From Eledone cirrhosa (Eukaryota): a stretch of DNA of 64,000 nt. Location of the stretch: NCBI GenBank assembly GCA_964016885.1, contig OZ024742.1, forward strand, positions 309,938,001 through 310,002,000, read 5' to 3'. A model generated the notes under the pieces. That model was not told the origin of the DNA and ran no database searches. It saw nothing but the letters and a program-made list of their open reading frames with translations. Shown one piece after another: positions 27,860 through 41,999 of the stretch (its first letter is position 1; each line of letters begins with the position of its first letter). Made by a program: the position numbers and the translations under genes.

Positions 27860-29748
27860 TACCTTCTGGGCTCTTGTGAAGGTCGGGTTGTTCGACCTCC
27901 ATAGTTGGTGGGGTTTCTTTTGGGAACCCCTTTAAAAGTCTTCAAGTGGGTTTTACGTTCGGGGTTCCCACGTCCCGAGGAAAGCTGTCTCGTATTTCTT
28001 TGTATAAATCGAGCGACATTCGCACCAGAACCAAATCTTCCGGCACGCGAAATGTGTTGGATTTAAAAATTTCCCCCTCTTTTTGTATATTTTCACTTCG
28101 TGCTACGAGGGCCATCAGTTCCTTGTTGGCCCTCCTGACGAGCACGAAGTTTTGTATGTTTTGTTGGTGTGATTTTATTTGTTTGCGTGGCTGTGGTGGT
28201 GATGGTTTTGGTGGTGTTGTTTCGGTTGTATCTGTGTTTGTTCTGAGTGCGGTGTCTGTGGTTTCAGATGTTTGTGTGTATATTTGTTCTTGCGTCTGTT
28301 TAGGTTGTTTGCGTTTGGGGGATTCTGGTGATGGTGATGGTGGTGTTGATGTTGGTGTTATTGGCGAGATGTTTGCGTGGGTGGTGTCTGCGTTTTTTAT
28401 TGTGGGTGATTTTGTGCTTTGTTGAGTTTTTTTTTTCTTTTTGTGTTTCCTTTTTTGTATTTTGTTGGATTTTAGTTTTCCCTCATCTTCACTACTGGTA
28501 AATTTGACAGCTTTCCTCGTTTCGCCCCTGGGTGGTCAATGTTGGTGGTGGTCTTTCTATTGGTGTTGTTGTTGGTGGTTTTGCCGGTGCTGGTGTTGGT
28601 TGTGGTCCTCTCCCCGGCGTCAGCAGCAGTGGAGCCTTTCGACCCCTTGCCTCTTTCAGCAGATGAGGGTAGAAGGCTCGCAAATGGGTTTTTTCCCCAC
28701 AAACAAAACAATGCGGCCTTTTGACTTCGGTCATAATGTGAATGACCGTCCCATTCTGAAGGCGGATGTGATCCGGGGTTGTCTTCACATTCTCGGGCCT
28801 GATCTGGAGAAGGATCTCCAGGTCAACCCCGGACCAGTCCTCTCTGGCCGTTCTGGTCACTTGTATAGGGACGGTATCCGGCCCCTCCACAATCACACAT
28901 CCCAGAAGCCACCACATGTCAAGTCCTGGTGGGATTCTGGGAATGCGGAGACTGGCCGTTCTTTTTCCTATGTGGGAGGGGTACATTATGACCTTGCTGG
29001 TTTTGCAAGGAGTCATAGCGTGTTTCATAGCGAGGGCTTCTGACTTGAACAACACCGAAATGGTGCCATACTGTCTGCCCCTCTCTATGTATTCGGTGTC
29101 TTCTCTGATGCACCTCAGCGCGACTTCGACATTTGCTTGTGGGATTAAAGCTGCCCTTTTGGTTTGTGCTGAGATGCATCTATAATGCAGCGTTCTGCGC
29201 TCCACTGCCTCAATAGTTTCTACCGGGACAGTTAAGTTGGCCCAGGTTTGTTCTTGCTTGATGAGCTTCCATACCTGGGCCAACTTTTCATCTTTGTTTG
29301 AGAGGTCCATGTTGAAGCATGGCCTCTTTTTTGCTGCTGCCGCAGCGAAAGTGTTCTTGTTTTCGTTGGGGGTGTTGTTGTCGTTGTTCTTGTTGGTGTT
29401 GTTGTTAGCACTGTCGCTGTTATCATTGTTGTCTTTGTTGCCACCGTTGTTCTCGGTGCAGTTGGTATTATTGCTGTTGGTGTTGTCGCTATTTGTTTTC
29501 ATGTTAGTGGTGTTGATATTGTTGTTGCATTTGTCATTTTTTTTTGTTATCTGTATTTTCGTTGTCGCTGTTACTGTCATTTTTTTCAAAATTAGAGTTC
29601 TTATTGGTATCATTTGTGTCTTTGTTTACATTGTTTGTGGTGGTGTTTGTGTTATCAATGTGTGTTAATTTCGCTGTAGCGCTCCTCTCAACTTCTACGT
29701 CGTTGTCGCACGACAGCCGACATATCGCTGGGGGACGTGGATCAGCCA
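27860..29748 (-). pseudogene. ORF1 (gag-like)
   Basis: ATG at 29748 (MADPRPP); Asn/Thr-rich N-terminus; TFAAAA; degenerate knuckle CFVCGEKTHLRAFY. Confidence 0.7.
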
Positions 29749-29970
29749 TGTTTTTTTTTTCTCCGTAAATTTTTTTAAATGTAAAAAAAGTTCAAATATT
29801 TGGGCCAAAAGGCCCAAATATTATACTTTGCCCTTCACAGGGCAAAGTCTAAGGGCTTATATCTCTTACACAACAAGAAATATTTAACAACAAATAATTT
29901 TAACAGGCAAATAAAGCGACTTACTGGGAGCGAGCAAAATACGTCCGATTAGACCAATAATAATAATAAT

Positions 29971-30230
29971 AATTGTTTCTAGTTTTGGCACAAGGCCAGC
30001 AATTATCCCAGTGTATTACTGGTACTTTATTTTATCGACCCCGTAAGGATGAAAAGCAAAGTTAACTTCGGCGGGATTTGAACTCAGATCATAAAGGGCC
30101 GTAACTCTATGCTACAAAGCATGGCGTCGTACCCTTTACCGATACTGCCAATCCACCGACCTTAATAATAATAATAATAATTGTTTCTACTTTAGGCACA
30201 AGGCCAGCAATTACCCAGTGCATTACTGGT
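29971..30230 (-). mobile_element. Young SINE plus a 3' fragment
   Basis: Same family as 24377-24560. Confidence 0.9.
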
Positions 30231-31300
30231 AATAATAATGGCTATAGATAGTAATGATAACAATACAAAAAAAATATATATATAATTCAACTAGGAAAAA
30301 TACCTTAATAGGAGAGAAAAACGTTACAAATACCCGGAACACTCTGTTGTAACAATGGCATTTTTACCAAATCAGCTTTGTCAGTCAAGCTATTGTCACC
30401 CATCGTTCAGGAAACAAACTAAAAGGACAACTTCTCTCGCTCTTTCTCTCCCCTTATCTTTCTCTTCAGATAGCACTTGAAGAAATAGACAAGAACTAGG
30501 CATAAGAGGAATATTCCTGTCGCAAACATTTTAGACGTGTTCACTATATAGCTAGCATCGTTTACTATAGTCATATCAGAAGGAAATCTATTGCTGTCCT
30601 TCTAAAGGCACGTGACGGTTCGGTTTCCACTGTAGACTTGGCTAGCTAATACACGCGATGGCAATATTCGCCAAGGTCGATTGTTGAAAGCGGATATCAA
30701 GTAATAAAAAATTGCACTTTGGGAGAGTGAAACTGAGCTAAAGTGTGTGTTTTTATATTGTAATGGAAGAAAATGTCTTTCAGGAAAACTAAGATCAGAC
30801 GAAAAGCCTCGAAAAGCCTTGATGGATTAAAAGGTTTGATATTCTGGAAAGAAAGCCACGATGAAGCTAAAGAATATTTGTCGTGGTAACGATGGTAATG
30901 TATTAAAAGTTACTGGTGGTATTAATGGAAGAGTTGGTGGCCTTGGTGATAAGATAGTTGTATAGAGGTTTGCTTTGCAGCCACACGGTTCCGGGTTAAT
31001 TTTCACTTCACGGAAGCTCTTATTATTTGCAACCAGGGCACATTCTTTCATACAAAAACGTGCTATAAAAGTAGGGTACGTGTAAAAATTTACAATTTTT
31101 TATATAACAAGTAGTTATATAAAAACGAAGTCCGAGGCAAACATTTATAAACGATTTGAAGCATAGTAATAATATTATGCATATTACGAATGCAAATAAA
31201 TAATAAAATGTATTTATATCATAGTATATTATATCAATTATATTATATTCGTTATAACTCGACATTCCGAAGAGCATCAACGTTGATGATGATGATGATG

Positions 31301-31341
<41 letters not shown>

Positions 31342-31345
<4 letters not shown>

Positions 31346-32455
31346 ATAATAATAAAGAGGGCTCGATAAGGATAAATATATATCAAATATAAAAGAACCG
31401 TAGAGCAAATATTTCTTAAAATAACAGATTAAAGTTTAAGCAAAGAATCGCTGCTTTCACCCTTAACGGGATCTTCTGAAACTAACAAAGTCAATCTGTG
31501 AACGCAGAAGTGAATATTTCAAAAAACGTTGCAACCGGAGGAAGACAGGAAGACGATACTTTGGTTCGTGGAAACGTTCCCTGGCAAAAAACGGGAAAAA
31601 ACGAATATAATACGTCATTATTTGGAGCGGTGAAAAACAATTACACGCAAAGACAAAACCACGTTTATGGTATAAAAGAAGTCGTAGACTAATATTCTAT
31701 TAGGTGGTTCATAGAGACGTTCTCTGGCAAGGAACGGAAAAAACGAAGATAATACGTCATATGTGGAGCGTGGAGAACAATTGCACGCAAAGACAAAACC
31801 ACGTAAATGGTATAACTGAAGTAGACTAAAATTCTAACTAGGAAACCGAATGATTCTCGGCTTCAGAGTTAAGAATAAAGTAAATAAAATACAGAGGTAA
31901 ATGAAATTAAATAAATACATACACGCATCCATATACGTACATACACAAGCATACGCGAAAACAATCTGAGGCAATTTCGGCTTGTAAACATAAATTGCAC
32001 AAAACTTTCCTGTATTACAGCCCCACATTATACCCTAACGCATAGTACGAACTATACGCGGATATTTTACGTCTTGATGTGGTAGCTAAGTATATGTTAT
32101 GTTTATACCATTACTTATTTGTATAGGTAAGTATATATTACCTGTATGTTTTGTGAAGGTACGTATACTTTCTCGCACGTATATTTGATTGCATATGTTA
32201 TGGCGTATATATTATTTATTCTGGTACATATGCTTTTGGTTATGTGTATACGTGAGTTTTGCGTCTGTGTGAGTATGCGGGTTCGTACGTATGTAGGGTG
32301 TGTGTATATGTGTACTTCGTGTTTTGGTTGACGTACGTCTCCGAACATAAGTGTATTTACATGTAGGTATGTGTGTGCGCTTGTTATATACCTATTTATT
32401 TATTTATATACGTTTATTTAATTATATGTATACACGCGCACATACACACACACAT

Positions 32456-32514
<59 letters not shown>

Positions 32515-33263
32515 AATATATATTTTTATGTGTATTTGGTGTATACATTCGTATGTGTGCGGGTACAGGTGTTGCGTGGGTTCTGTATATGCGTGCGGTT
32601 TTTTGTTTTTTTTTGTGTACGTGCGTGTATTTGTTTTCGCGAGTGTTTTCGCGTATGCTTATGTATGTACGTATATGGATGCGTGTATGTATTTATTTAA
32701 TTTCGTTTACCTCTGTATTTTATTTACTTTATTCTTAACTCTGAAGCCGAGAATCATTCGGTTTCTCAGTTAGAATTTTAATCTACGACTTCAGTTATAC
32801 CATTTACCTGGTTTTGTCTTTGCGTGCAATTGTTCTCCACGCTCCACATATGACGTATTATCTTGGTTTTTTCCGTTCCTTGCCAGAGAACGTCTCTATG
32901 AACTACCTAATAGAATATTAGTCTACGACTTCTTTTATACCATAAACGTGGTTTTGTCTTTGCGTGTAATTTTTCTTTCACTACTCCAAATAATTGTTTC
33001 TACATTTGGCACAAAGCCAGCAATTACCCAGTGCATTACTGGTACCGCTCCAAATAATGACGTATTATATTCGTTTTTTTCCCTTTCTTTGCCAGGGAAC
33101 GTTTCCACGAACCAAAGTAACGTCTTCCTGTCTTCCTCCAGTTGCAACGTTTTTTGAAATATTCACTTCTGCGTTCACAGATTGACTTTGTTAGTTTCAG
33201 AAGGTCCCGTTAAGGGTGAAAGCAGCGATTCTTTGCTTAAACTTTAATCTGTTATTTTAATAA

Positions 33264-33268
<5 letters not shown>
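31342..33268. mobile_element. Large family E inverted structure
   Basis: Arms ~31405-31963 and ~32644-33268; internal ~140-bp tandem duplication in each arm; TA-flanked. Confidence 0.8.
31433..31483 (-). ncRNA. Type I HHR-like motif, U4A core (family E)
   Basis: Reverse complement reads AGTTT-CAGAAGA-T CCC gttaa GGG T-GAAA-GCA..TGC-TT-AAACT; mirror copy 33193-33243 has CAGAAGG. Confidence 0.6.
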
Positions 33269-33302
<34 letters not shown>

Positions 33303-33696
33303 CGAAAAATTATTAAGACATAGTTACTTTTACATAATTGTTTTATTGCATAATATATATTTCAATGATATGGTTATGCAATGGTTGTATCATCGACAGT
33401 TTCCATGTGGCATCATCAGATGCTCATACAATTAAGAGGTAAACTTATGCAGGTATGCAGACATATCGCTGGTATGGCAAGGTTTTCACGATATCTTCTT
33501 GGGATGGATATCAACATGTTCCAACGTCTTCCGTCGGTAAAGTAGTAAAAGAAAAAATATAATCTATTTATTAAGTACAACATATTAAAACCTGAATCAT
33601 TTACGGAGTTGTGTTTTGATACGTCTGCTTACATCAAAGTTCATTAACACCATCATCAACAACATCAACGATAACGACGACGACGACAAAAATAAT

Positions 33697-34820
33697 AATT
33701 GTTTCTACTTTTGGCACAAGGCCAGCAATTACCCAGTGCATTACTGGTACTTTATTTTATCGACCCCGTAAGGATGAAAGGCAAAGTTAATCTCGGCGGG
33801 ATTTGAACTCAAAACAGCAAGGGCCGTAACTCTATGCGTCAAAGCATGGCGTCCGACCCTCTACCGATACTGCCAAATAATAATAATAATAATTGTTTTT
33901 ACTTGAAGCACAAGGCCAGCAATTTGAAGGGGAGATGAAAGTCGATTAAATCGACCCAGGGCATTACTGGTGCTTTATTTATCGACCCCGTAAGGATGAA
34001 AATCAAAGCTAAATCCAGCGGGAGGTGAACTCAGAACGTAAAGGGACGTAACTCTATGCTGAAAAGCATGGTGTTCATCGCTCTACTGATATTGCCAATC
34101 CGCCGCCTTTAATAATAATAATAATAATAATAATAATTGTTTCTACTTTAGGCACAAGGCCAGCAATTACCCAGTGCATTACTGGTACTTTATTTTATCG
34201 ACCCCGTAAGGATGAAAGGCAAAGTCAACCTCGGCGGGAATAATAATAATAATAATAATTGTTTCTACTTTAGGCACAAGGCCAGCAATTACCCCAGTGC
34301 GTTATTGGGGCTTTATTTTATCGACCCCGTAAGGATGAAAGGCAAAGTTAACCTCGGTGGGATTTGAACTCAGAACGTAAAGGGCCATGACTCTATGCTG
34401 CAAAACAGAGCGTCTGACCCTCTACTGATACTGTCAATCCACCAATAATGATTTCTAGTATAGGGACAAGGCCAGTAATTTGTGGGGAGGGGAAAGTCGA
34501 TTAAATCGACCCCAGTACGTTACTGGTACTTTATTTTATCGACTTCGTAAGGATGAATGGCAAAGTTAACCTCGACCGGATTTGAACTCCACCAATAATA
34601 ATAATGGTTTCTACTATAGGTACAAGGCCAACAATTTTGGGTGAGGGAAAAGTCGATTAAATCGACGCCAGTGCATTACCAGTGCTTTATTTTATTGACC
34701 CCGTAAGGATAAAAAGCAAAGATGACCACGGCGGGATTTGAACTAAGAACGTAAAGGGCCGTAACTCTATGCTGCAAAGCATGGTGTCAAACGCTTTACT
34801 GATACTGCCAATCGACCCTC
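33697..34820 (-). mobile_element. Head-to-tail array of six SINE copies joined by (AAT)n
   Basis: Copies begin near 33697, 33891, 34135, 34257, 34449 and 34603. Confidence 0.9.
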
Positions 34821-37422
34821 TAATAATAACAACAATAATAATAATGACAATAATAATTACAGTAGTAACAGTCATCAACGCCGATTGTGGAAAGCGGATG
34901 TCACGTGATGAAATATTGCTCCTTTGGAGAGCGAATCAGCTAAATTGTTTGTTATATTGTAATGTTTCAGGAAAACTAAGATCAGACGAAAATCCTCGCT
35001 TGTTTGATTAAAAGGTTTCGTAATCTGAAAGGAATGCAATGGTGAAGCTAAGGAACTTGAATGGCGACAGTGGTTGCGGTAGATTAGTGTTATTGGTGGC
35101 ATTAGTGAAAAAAACTGATGACCTTGGTATCATATAGTTGAGGTAGTTTAGAATGTTGGTTGTACTGTTAGTGGTAGTCATAATAATGGTGATGGTTATT
35201 ATGGAATATGATATATTTAATGAATCATGGTAGTCGCTATGCTGGTGGTTAAAAGTGATTTTCTTCATCGTCATGATTTAGTTAGGAAAGATGCGATCTT
35301 AGCGTTTTCTCCCATTCCCCACCACGTGGTGCCCTTCATCTGTAGACAATTTACTTCCACATTTAACAGTTTTTTTTACTAAATGTTCAGTTCCCTTTCT
35401 AACAATCCTTTGTTTCTTCTGAGGTTTTGCATAATTTACAGCCAAATATTTTTCGGTGCACGTTTGTGTACTTTTCTTTATTGTGAATGGAAATGTGTAA
35501 ATAATTTGCATGGCAACGTTAAATGATCCATTGTACCACACACGTGGTCATCATAACAGTACAACTGCTGTTTCTGAATTCAACTGCTTCTTTCAGAAAT
35601 GGTCGCATGCCAAACTCAGGTTCGTCATGTGTGATCATTCAACAGGCGGCTGTTGTTTAGTTCCGAGTCGGTTCCGATCAAAGACATCCAAGCTATACCA
35701 ATCCCAACTTAATTTTAAATATAGTATGTTTCATTCAACCCTATCCCATGTATCGTTTATTAAAAATGGCTGGGTATAATTTAAATGATATTTGACTGCT
35801 ATTCACAGCAGGTCAAGCAACTACATACATTGTCCCATCGTTGGTTTGCAGATGGTTGAGTGTTATAGTATTGGTGATAGGAATGGAATTATTTATTGTA
35901 AATATTGTAGTCGCTGTAATTTCATTGGTAATGTCGACCATCGTAAATGTAGGGGCAATGCACGTTCAAATCCCGTTTAAAATCAATTTTCTATTCTTAC
36001 TTAGTTAATGTTTTAAATATAATTAAATGAACATCAATGTTGGAGTTGTATCAACTCTAGACAAATCCATGACAGACAGAATTAATAGAGCCTAGAATAT
36101 CATTTTAATCTTACCAAGTGTTTAATTTGCTCTAAAATCCCCAGGCGTCCGATAAAGTGATTACTCATGTTTTAGGGGTTTATCCAATAAACATTATCTG
36201 CCCAGAATAAAAACATGTGATCCGTTTTGATGTAAGTTATCAGATTTGAGCTGCATTTTTCCTTCATCACTTTTGGGTTTGATAAAATAAGAACCATTGA
36301 AATAATACTTCCATAAAATAATGTATAATTTCTCCGAAAGATTAAAGAAATATATCAAGAGTTACTCTTCTTAAAGATAAAAGAAAAAACAAAACAACAA
36401 CAACAACAAAACAAACAGACAAAAACCTTCTTGGAACATATACATAAAAATACACGTTGGTAAACACGATGGTTGTATACTCAGTTGACAGTCACAAATT
36501 AACACCAATGCCAATCAAACGTACTGTGAAGCAACACTAACATCGCCAAAATAATACTGCTTCCACACATTTTAGCAACACCGACACCACAACCTCTACC
36601 GCATTCAATGCGACTGTCGGAATAAACAGCAACAACAGCAGCCTCATTAACGAAACACTACCCCACGCTATAAAAACCCAGTTTTGCATGAGCTGCAATA
36701 ACCATTAAGTATGATTATAAACATCAACTTTTTGGCGAAGCCGAAAATCTGGTGGAATTATAAAACAGTAGAATTTCACTATCTATACACAAAGAATATT
36801 TAAAAAAATAGCCCGAAACATTTCGTATACCGCTGTGTGTTGATAAAGAGCTTGAAATTAAAATACAAAGCAACAAATACAGAGTTGAAAAGGGCACAGC
36901 AAGGAATATGGAGTGACGTCGACTTCGTCATGCGGACCAGACAATGCAGCAGTATCGAAGTTCTTGTGTGAAAACACTCCATTATCTACTCAAAATTAAA
37001 AAAATTGTCATAATTCCTCCATAATTGGATAAGGGTGTAACCGGAATGAATGTGTTGGATACACTGTTAGATTTGAATATCTAGTGGATGGCAGCATGTA
37101 TTGAACTGGAGAGTAGAAACTCGCCACTATGAAAAAAATATCAGCAAGAAAATTAGTCCGGTGTTGATCCAGATAAATACATTTTTCACAACTAACTGGC
37201 TGTTCATCAGAAGATATGTACTTTCATATTTTAGTCTTCAAAGAGAACTCATGGCAAATCGATGTATACGTCAAACACAAACCAGAATTTAACTGAAATG
37301 ATCAGTCTAATTTGTACAATGTGTGTTCGTTTGCAATGCGATTGATTAAATTATAAATACACACAAGACATTATTTGAAAATCTATGAATTGAATGTAGG
37401 TGTAATTACATTATTACAATTA

Positions 37423-37795
37423 CTCTGGGGTCCCAAATAATAGGGGGTGGGTGGAATAAGCGTGGATTTGGATACTTGCTTAAATTCTTATAAGCATGGG
37501 GTTGGAATAAACGGGTGGGGTGGGGATTCGGTAATTGTATAGTGTACGTTCGTAAATATGGGATTCCTTGTAATGTTATTTTTTTGTCCTATATAATGTT
37601 TTTATGCAAAATAAAATTATTAGATTCTCCAGTTGCTGTATCAATATAAATCCCTTACAATAAAATTTCGCCAGAGATAGATTATCAAAAACTGATAAGC
37701 GGGGTAGGGGAGGGGGGGGGGGGGAGTAAACAAAATCTGAAAAATTAATAAGTGGGTAGTGGGGTGATGGGGCACGATTAATCAAGACCTGAGAG
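37423..37795. mobile_element. Tc1/mariner-type MITE, degenerate
   Basis: TA-CTCTGGGGTC...GACCTGAGAG-TA. Confidence 0.55.
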
Positions 37796-38074
37796 TAAGT
37801 TCCAATATTCATGCACAAGCTGTTGGACGGTTTGGTTCTCTGTATTACAAATTAGAAAATGTCAACCTATGAGACATTGCCTTAAGTACCTTTATTGAAG
37901 AACAGATTAAAACAGAGCAATATTAAAACATAGCACCTGGAGAATAGACGCAATATGCAAATTTATCCTTTATAATATCAATTATCTCTCATTGTATAAA
38001 GCAAAATACAATTTATCGAATATAGCTAGTCCATAATTGGAGCCTAACAAACAGGCCTAAAAGAGGGATATAGA

Positions 38075-38268
38075 CAGTCATGCCAACCCCTGAAAACCCA
38101 AACGTGGAGTACATGAAAAGAAAAGGCCCCCAAACGGAGAGAAATGACGCAAAATGGGGTATTTTACATAATGAAAGCTATACCCATTTTCACAAGAGAA
38201 GACCTCTCTCACCCACCCCAAAGTGGCTGGGAGATCTTCCCATCCAACGGGGAGAGTTGACAGGTCTG
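38075..38268 (+). mobile_element. ~195-bp hAT-type MITE
   Basis: TIR CAGTCATGCCAAC/GTTGACAGGTCTG; 8-bp TSD GATATAGA/GATATATA; inverted copies at 44184-44384 and 58747-58934. Confidence 0.8.
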
Positions 38269-38811
38269 GATATATAGTTACAAGGTTGCTGAGGGACAGT
38301 GACAAAACCCTGATTGGGTTTGGGGATGTTTAATATGCACTAGCCTCCTCTACGTGTTTGGTTTAGATATCTCCTTCACCTGTTTTACTGGTGACACAAT
38401 TACAAAGAGGATTTCAACCCTAAATTCAGAGAGAGACTACATCTCTTCTTATTAAGAGACGCTTATCCGGCGCCATCTTCTTAACTACTGCTTGACGTCT
38501 CTAGGACTGGTGGTTTAGTAGCGGAGCACCAGATCATAAATCGGATTGTGTGATTACATATTATCATAGAAAAATGGCCAAATACCCCATGCGTCTTGCA
38601 TAGATATTTGAAAGAAATAGAGTGATAAGAGTAAAAGGGTAATAGAAGACGAAGTAATGGAAGAGAGACTAAGATGGACACTTACATGATGGTTGTTGGC
38701 ATGGAGATTGAATACAGAAACGGATAAGTGGTCTGGTGAGTGCATAAGTTGTGATAATGTGAGACAAGGGGATCGAGAATGAAGGATGGGAAGAAAAGAA
38801 ACACACGTACA

Positions 38812-38883
<72 letters not shown>

Positions 38884-38885
<2 letters not shown>

Positions 38886-39079
38886 GGAATCAATAAGACC
38901 CCGACAGCTGAGCTCAAGCCGTTTCGACGGCTAATTCTGGACAGTCCAGAATTAGCCGTCGAAACGGCTTGAGCTCAGCTGTCGGGGTCTTACTGGTTCC
39001 TATTACCCACTCTACTACCTCAAGTATTGAGTACTTTGGTGCGTTATGGTCCACCTGGTTCCTTACCACATTTCCTTCG

Positions 39080-39081
<2 letters not shown>
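38884..39081. mobile_element. Family A fold-back (3' half of the HHR only)
   Basis: Arms 38884-38942 and 38944-39002; tail to 39081; TA on both sides. Confidence 0.8.
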
Positions 39082-39154
<73 letters not shown>

Positions 39155-39331
39155 AATGTTTCTACTTTACGCACACGGCCAGCAATTATCCCAGTGTATT
39201 ACTGGTACTTTATTTTATCGACCCCGTAAGGATGAAAGGCAAAGTTAACCTCGGCGGGATTTAAACTCAGACCATAAAGGGCCGTAACTCTTTGCTGCAA
39301 AGCATGGCGTCAGACCCTCTACCGATACTGA
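39155..39331 (-). mobile_element. Young SINE
   Basis: Same family as 24377-24560. Confidence 0.9.
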
Positions 39332-39406
39332 TATATATATAAAATAACAAAATAAGATGCTGAGGTTATATATACATGTGTAGACATGTATATACATGTA
39401 TATATA

Positions 39407-39465
<59 letters not shown>

Positions 39466-39596
39466 TATATATATATACAATATATATATATATACAATAT
39501 ATATATATATACACACACAATATATATATATATACAATATATATATATATATACAATATATATATATATATATATACACAATATATATATATATAT

Positions 39597-39641
<45 letters not shown>

Positions 39642-39713
39642 TATATATATATATATATACAATATATATATATATACAATATATATATATATATATACAA
39701 TATATATATATAT

Positions 39714-39749
<36 letters not shown>

Positions 39750-39791
39750 TATATACATACAATATATATATATTGTATATATATACATACA

Positions 39792-39822
<31 letters not shown>

Positions 39823-39903
39823 CAATATATATATATATACAATATATATATATATATATACAATATATATATATATACAATATATATATATATATATATA
39901 TAT

Positions 39904-39971
<68 letters not shown>

Positions 39972-40031
39972 ATATATATATATATACAATATATATATAT
40001 ACAATATATATACAATATATATATACATACA

Positions 40032-40219
40032 ATATATTTATTAAAATAACAGATTAAAGTTTAAGCAAAGAATCGCTGCTTTGGGTGAAAGCAGCGATTC
40101 TTTGCTTAAACTTTAATCTGTTATTTTAATAAATATTTGCTCTACGGTTCTTATATATTTGATATATATTTTCCTTATCGAGCCCTCTTTGGATTTTAGT
40201 CTTCAATTTTATTATTATT
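40032..40219. mobile_element. Family E fold-back
   Basis: Arms 40032-40082 and 40088-40138, plus tail. Confidence 0.8.
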
Positions 40220-40324
40220 ACATACAATATATATATATATACAATATATATATATATATACATACAATATATATATATATATACATACAATATATATATA
40301 TATATACAATATATATATATATAT

Positions 40325-40429
<105 letters not shown>

Positions 40430-40736
40430 ATATATGTATGCATGTATGTATGCATGTATGTACGCATACATATGGATATATATTTGTACGTGTGTACTAT
40501 ACACGTATCTATATGTCTGTTGATATATCTTCTCTTGTAGTATGTGTTATGCTTGACTGTTAGCCAGGAGAGTAGACGATATATGGAATATAGCAAGCAG
40601 GAGAAAAACTTCAAAACTGAGCAGCAGAGGAAGATAGAAGGGAGAGGATTAGTGATAACGATATAGACTAGGTCGCTAGGTCAGTAGGGTATTGCTGCTT
40701 GTGGCGATGCTCTTGGTACTGCTGCTGCTGCTGCGG

Positions 40737-40785
<49 letters not shown>

Positions 40786-40810
40786 CGCCACCACCACCAT
40801 CACCACCAAA

Positions 40811-40893
<83 letters not shown>

Positions 40894-41224
40894 TACTACC
40901 ACTACCACCAAAACTACTACTACTACCACCCCACCATCACTATTACTACTACTACCACCACCACCAAAACTACTACTACTACTACTACTACTACTGCTAC
41001 TGCCATCACCACCACTATCACTACCATCAAAACTATCACTACCACCACCACCACCACCACCACCACCACCACTAATACTACTGTAGTTGCATGTTCTGGT
41101 CCCACTTTTATGATGGTGGTGTTGATGCTGCTATTACTTGTGTAGCTCCTAAGGGTATTACTGGTGTACAAGAAGCGGCTCTAACTGTATTCGTAAATCG
41201 AAACTCACACAATAACATAGACAC

Positions 41225-41310
<86 letters not shown>

Positions 41311-41314
41311 GGCA

Positions 41315-41441
41315 CCCACTGAAGAATTATAAGAGCCCACTTCAATAAGTATCTGTTGATCTTATACAAGCTTCTACATAAATTGGTATAATTTCACCCA
41401 ACTTGTAGGAATCTTATAATGAAACGAGACGTCCGTCTGGG
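41315..41441 (+). ncRNA. Type I HHR, family J solo repeat
   Basis: CCCA-CTGAAGA-ATTATAAGA...TCTTATAAT-GAAA-CGAGACGTCC-GTC-TGGG. Confidence 0.7.
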
Positions 41442-41790
41442 AAGAGATATGTTTGATATATCTCATATGAAATAATACAGCCAATCTTCCACACAATACA
41501 ATTAGTTAGCACTCCGAACGTTTAATTAGGAATATACTCACTTATTTCTTAATGTTTGTTGAGTGAGTTGGAATTTGGCCGGAGTATCGCTATTAGCTTT
41601 CTCCGATAATGTATTTATATATATATTAGAGAACAAAACGTTGTATCGCGCTGCTATTTTTAGCGGCATGATCAACAAGTTTATAATATCCCGCTTTTAC
41701 TTATAGCCTATTTTTGTGTGTGTGTCACTTTAACGGCCTGACCCCATGCAACGGGCAAGAAGCGATATTTTCTCTATGGTACGGAAATAT

Positions 41791-41868
41791 CTGTCTGAAG
41801 ATCTAATACTTTCCATTGGAAATTCTCTGAATTTCCAATCTTTTGATTAGTGAAACCGTCGGTAACGG
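41791..41868 (+). ncRNA. Type I HHR with extended stem II
   Basis: CTGT-CTGAAGA-T CTAAT..ATTGGAAATTC tct GAATTTCCAAT..ATTAG T-GAAA-CCGTCG-GTA-ACGG; (TA)n ~45 nt downstream. Confidence 0.8.
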
Positions 41869-41910
41869 CAATAGAACAGGTGAATATTTAAATCGTTTTT
41901 TGTTCCGCTC

Positions 41911-41999
<89 letters not shown>

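Larger units (their letters stand above)
24576..29952 (-). mobile_element. Full-length Tx1-like (L1 group) LINE, frameshifted
   Basis: 18-bp TSD ACCAATAATAATAATAAT (24558-24575 and 29953-29970); ORF1 plus APE-RT-CCHC ORF2; AATAAA near the 3' end. Confidence 0.9.

Noticed and set aside
31545-31585. AGGAAGA-CGA..TCG-TG-GAAACGTTC motif on the opposite strand of family E
   Set aside because: The 5' core has two substitutions and GAAA is lost in the 6765-6800 copy
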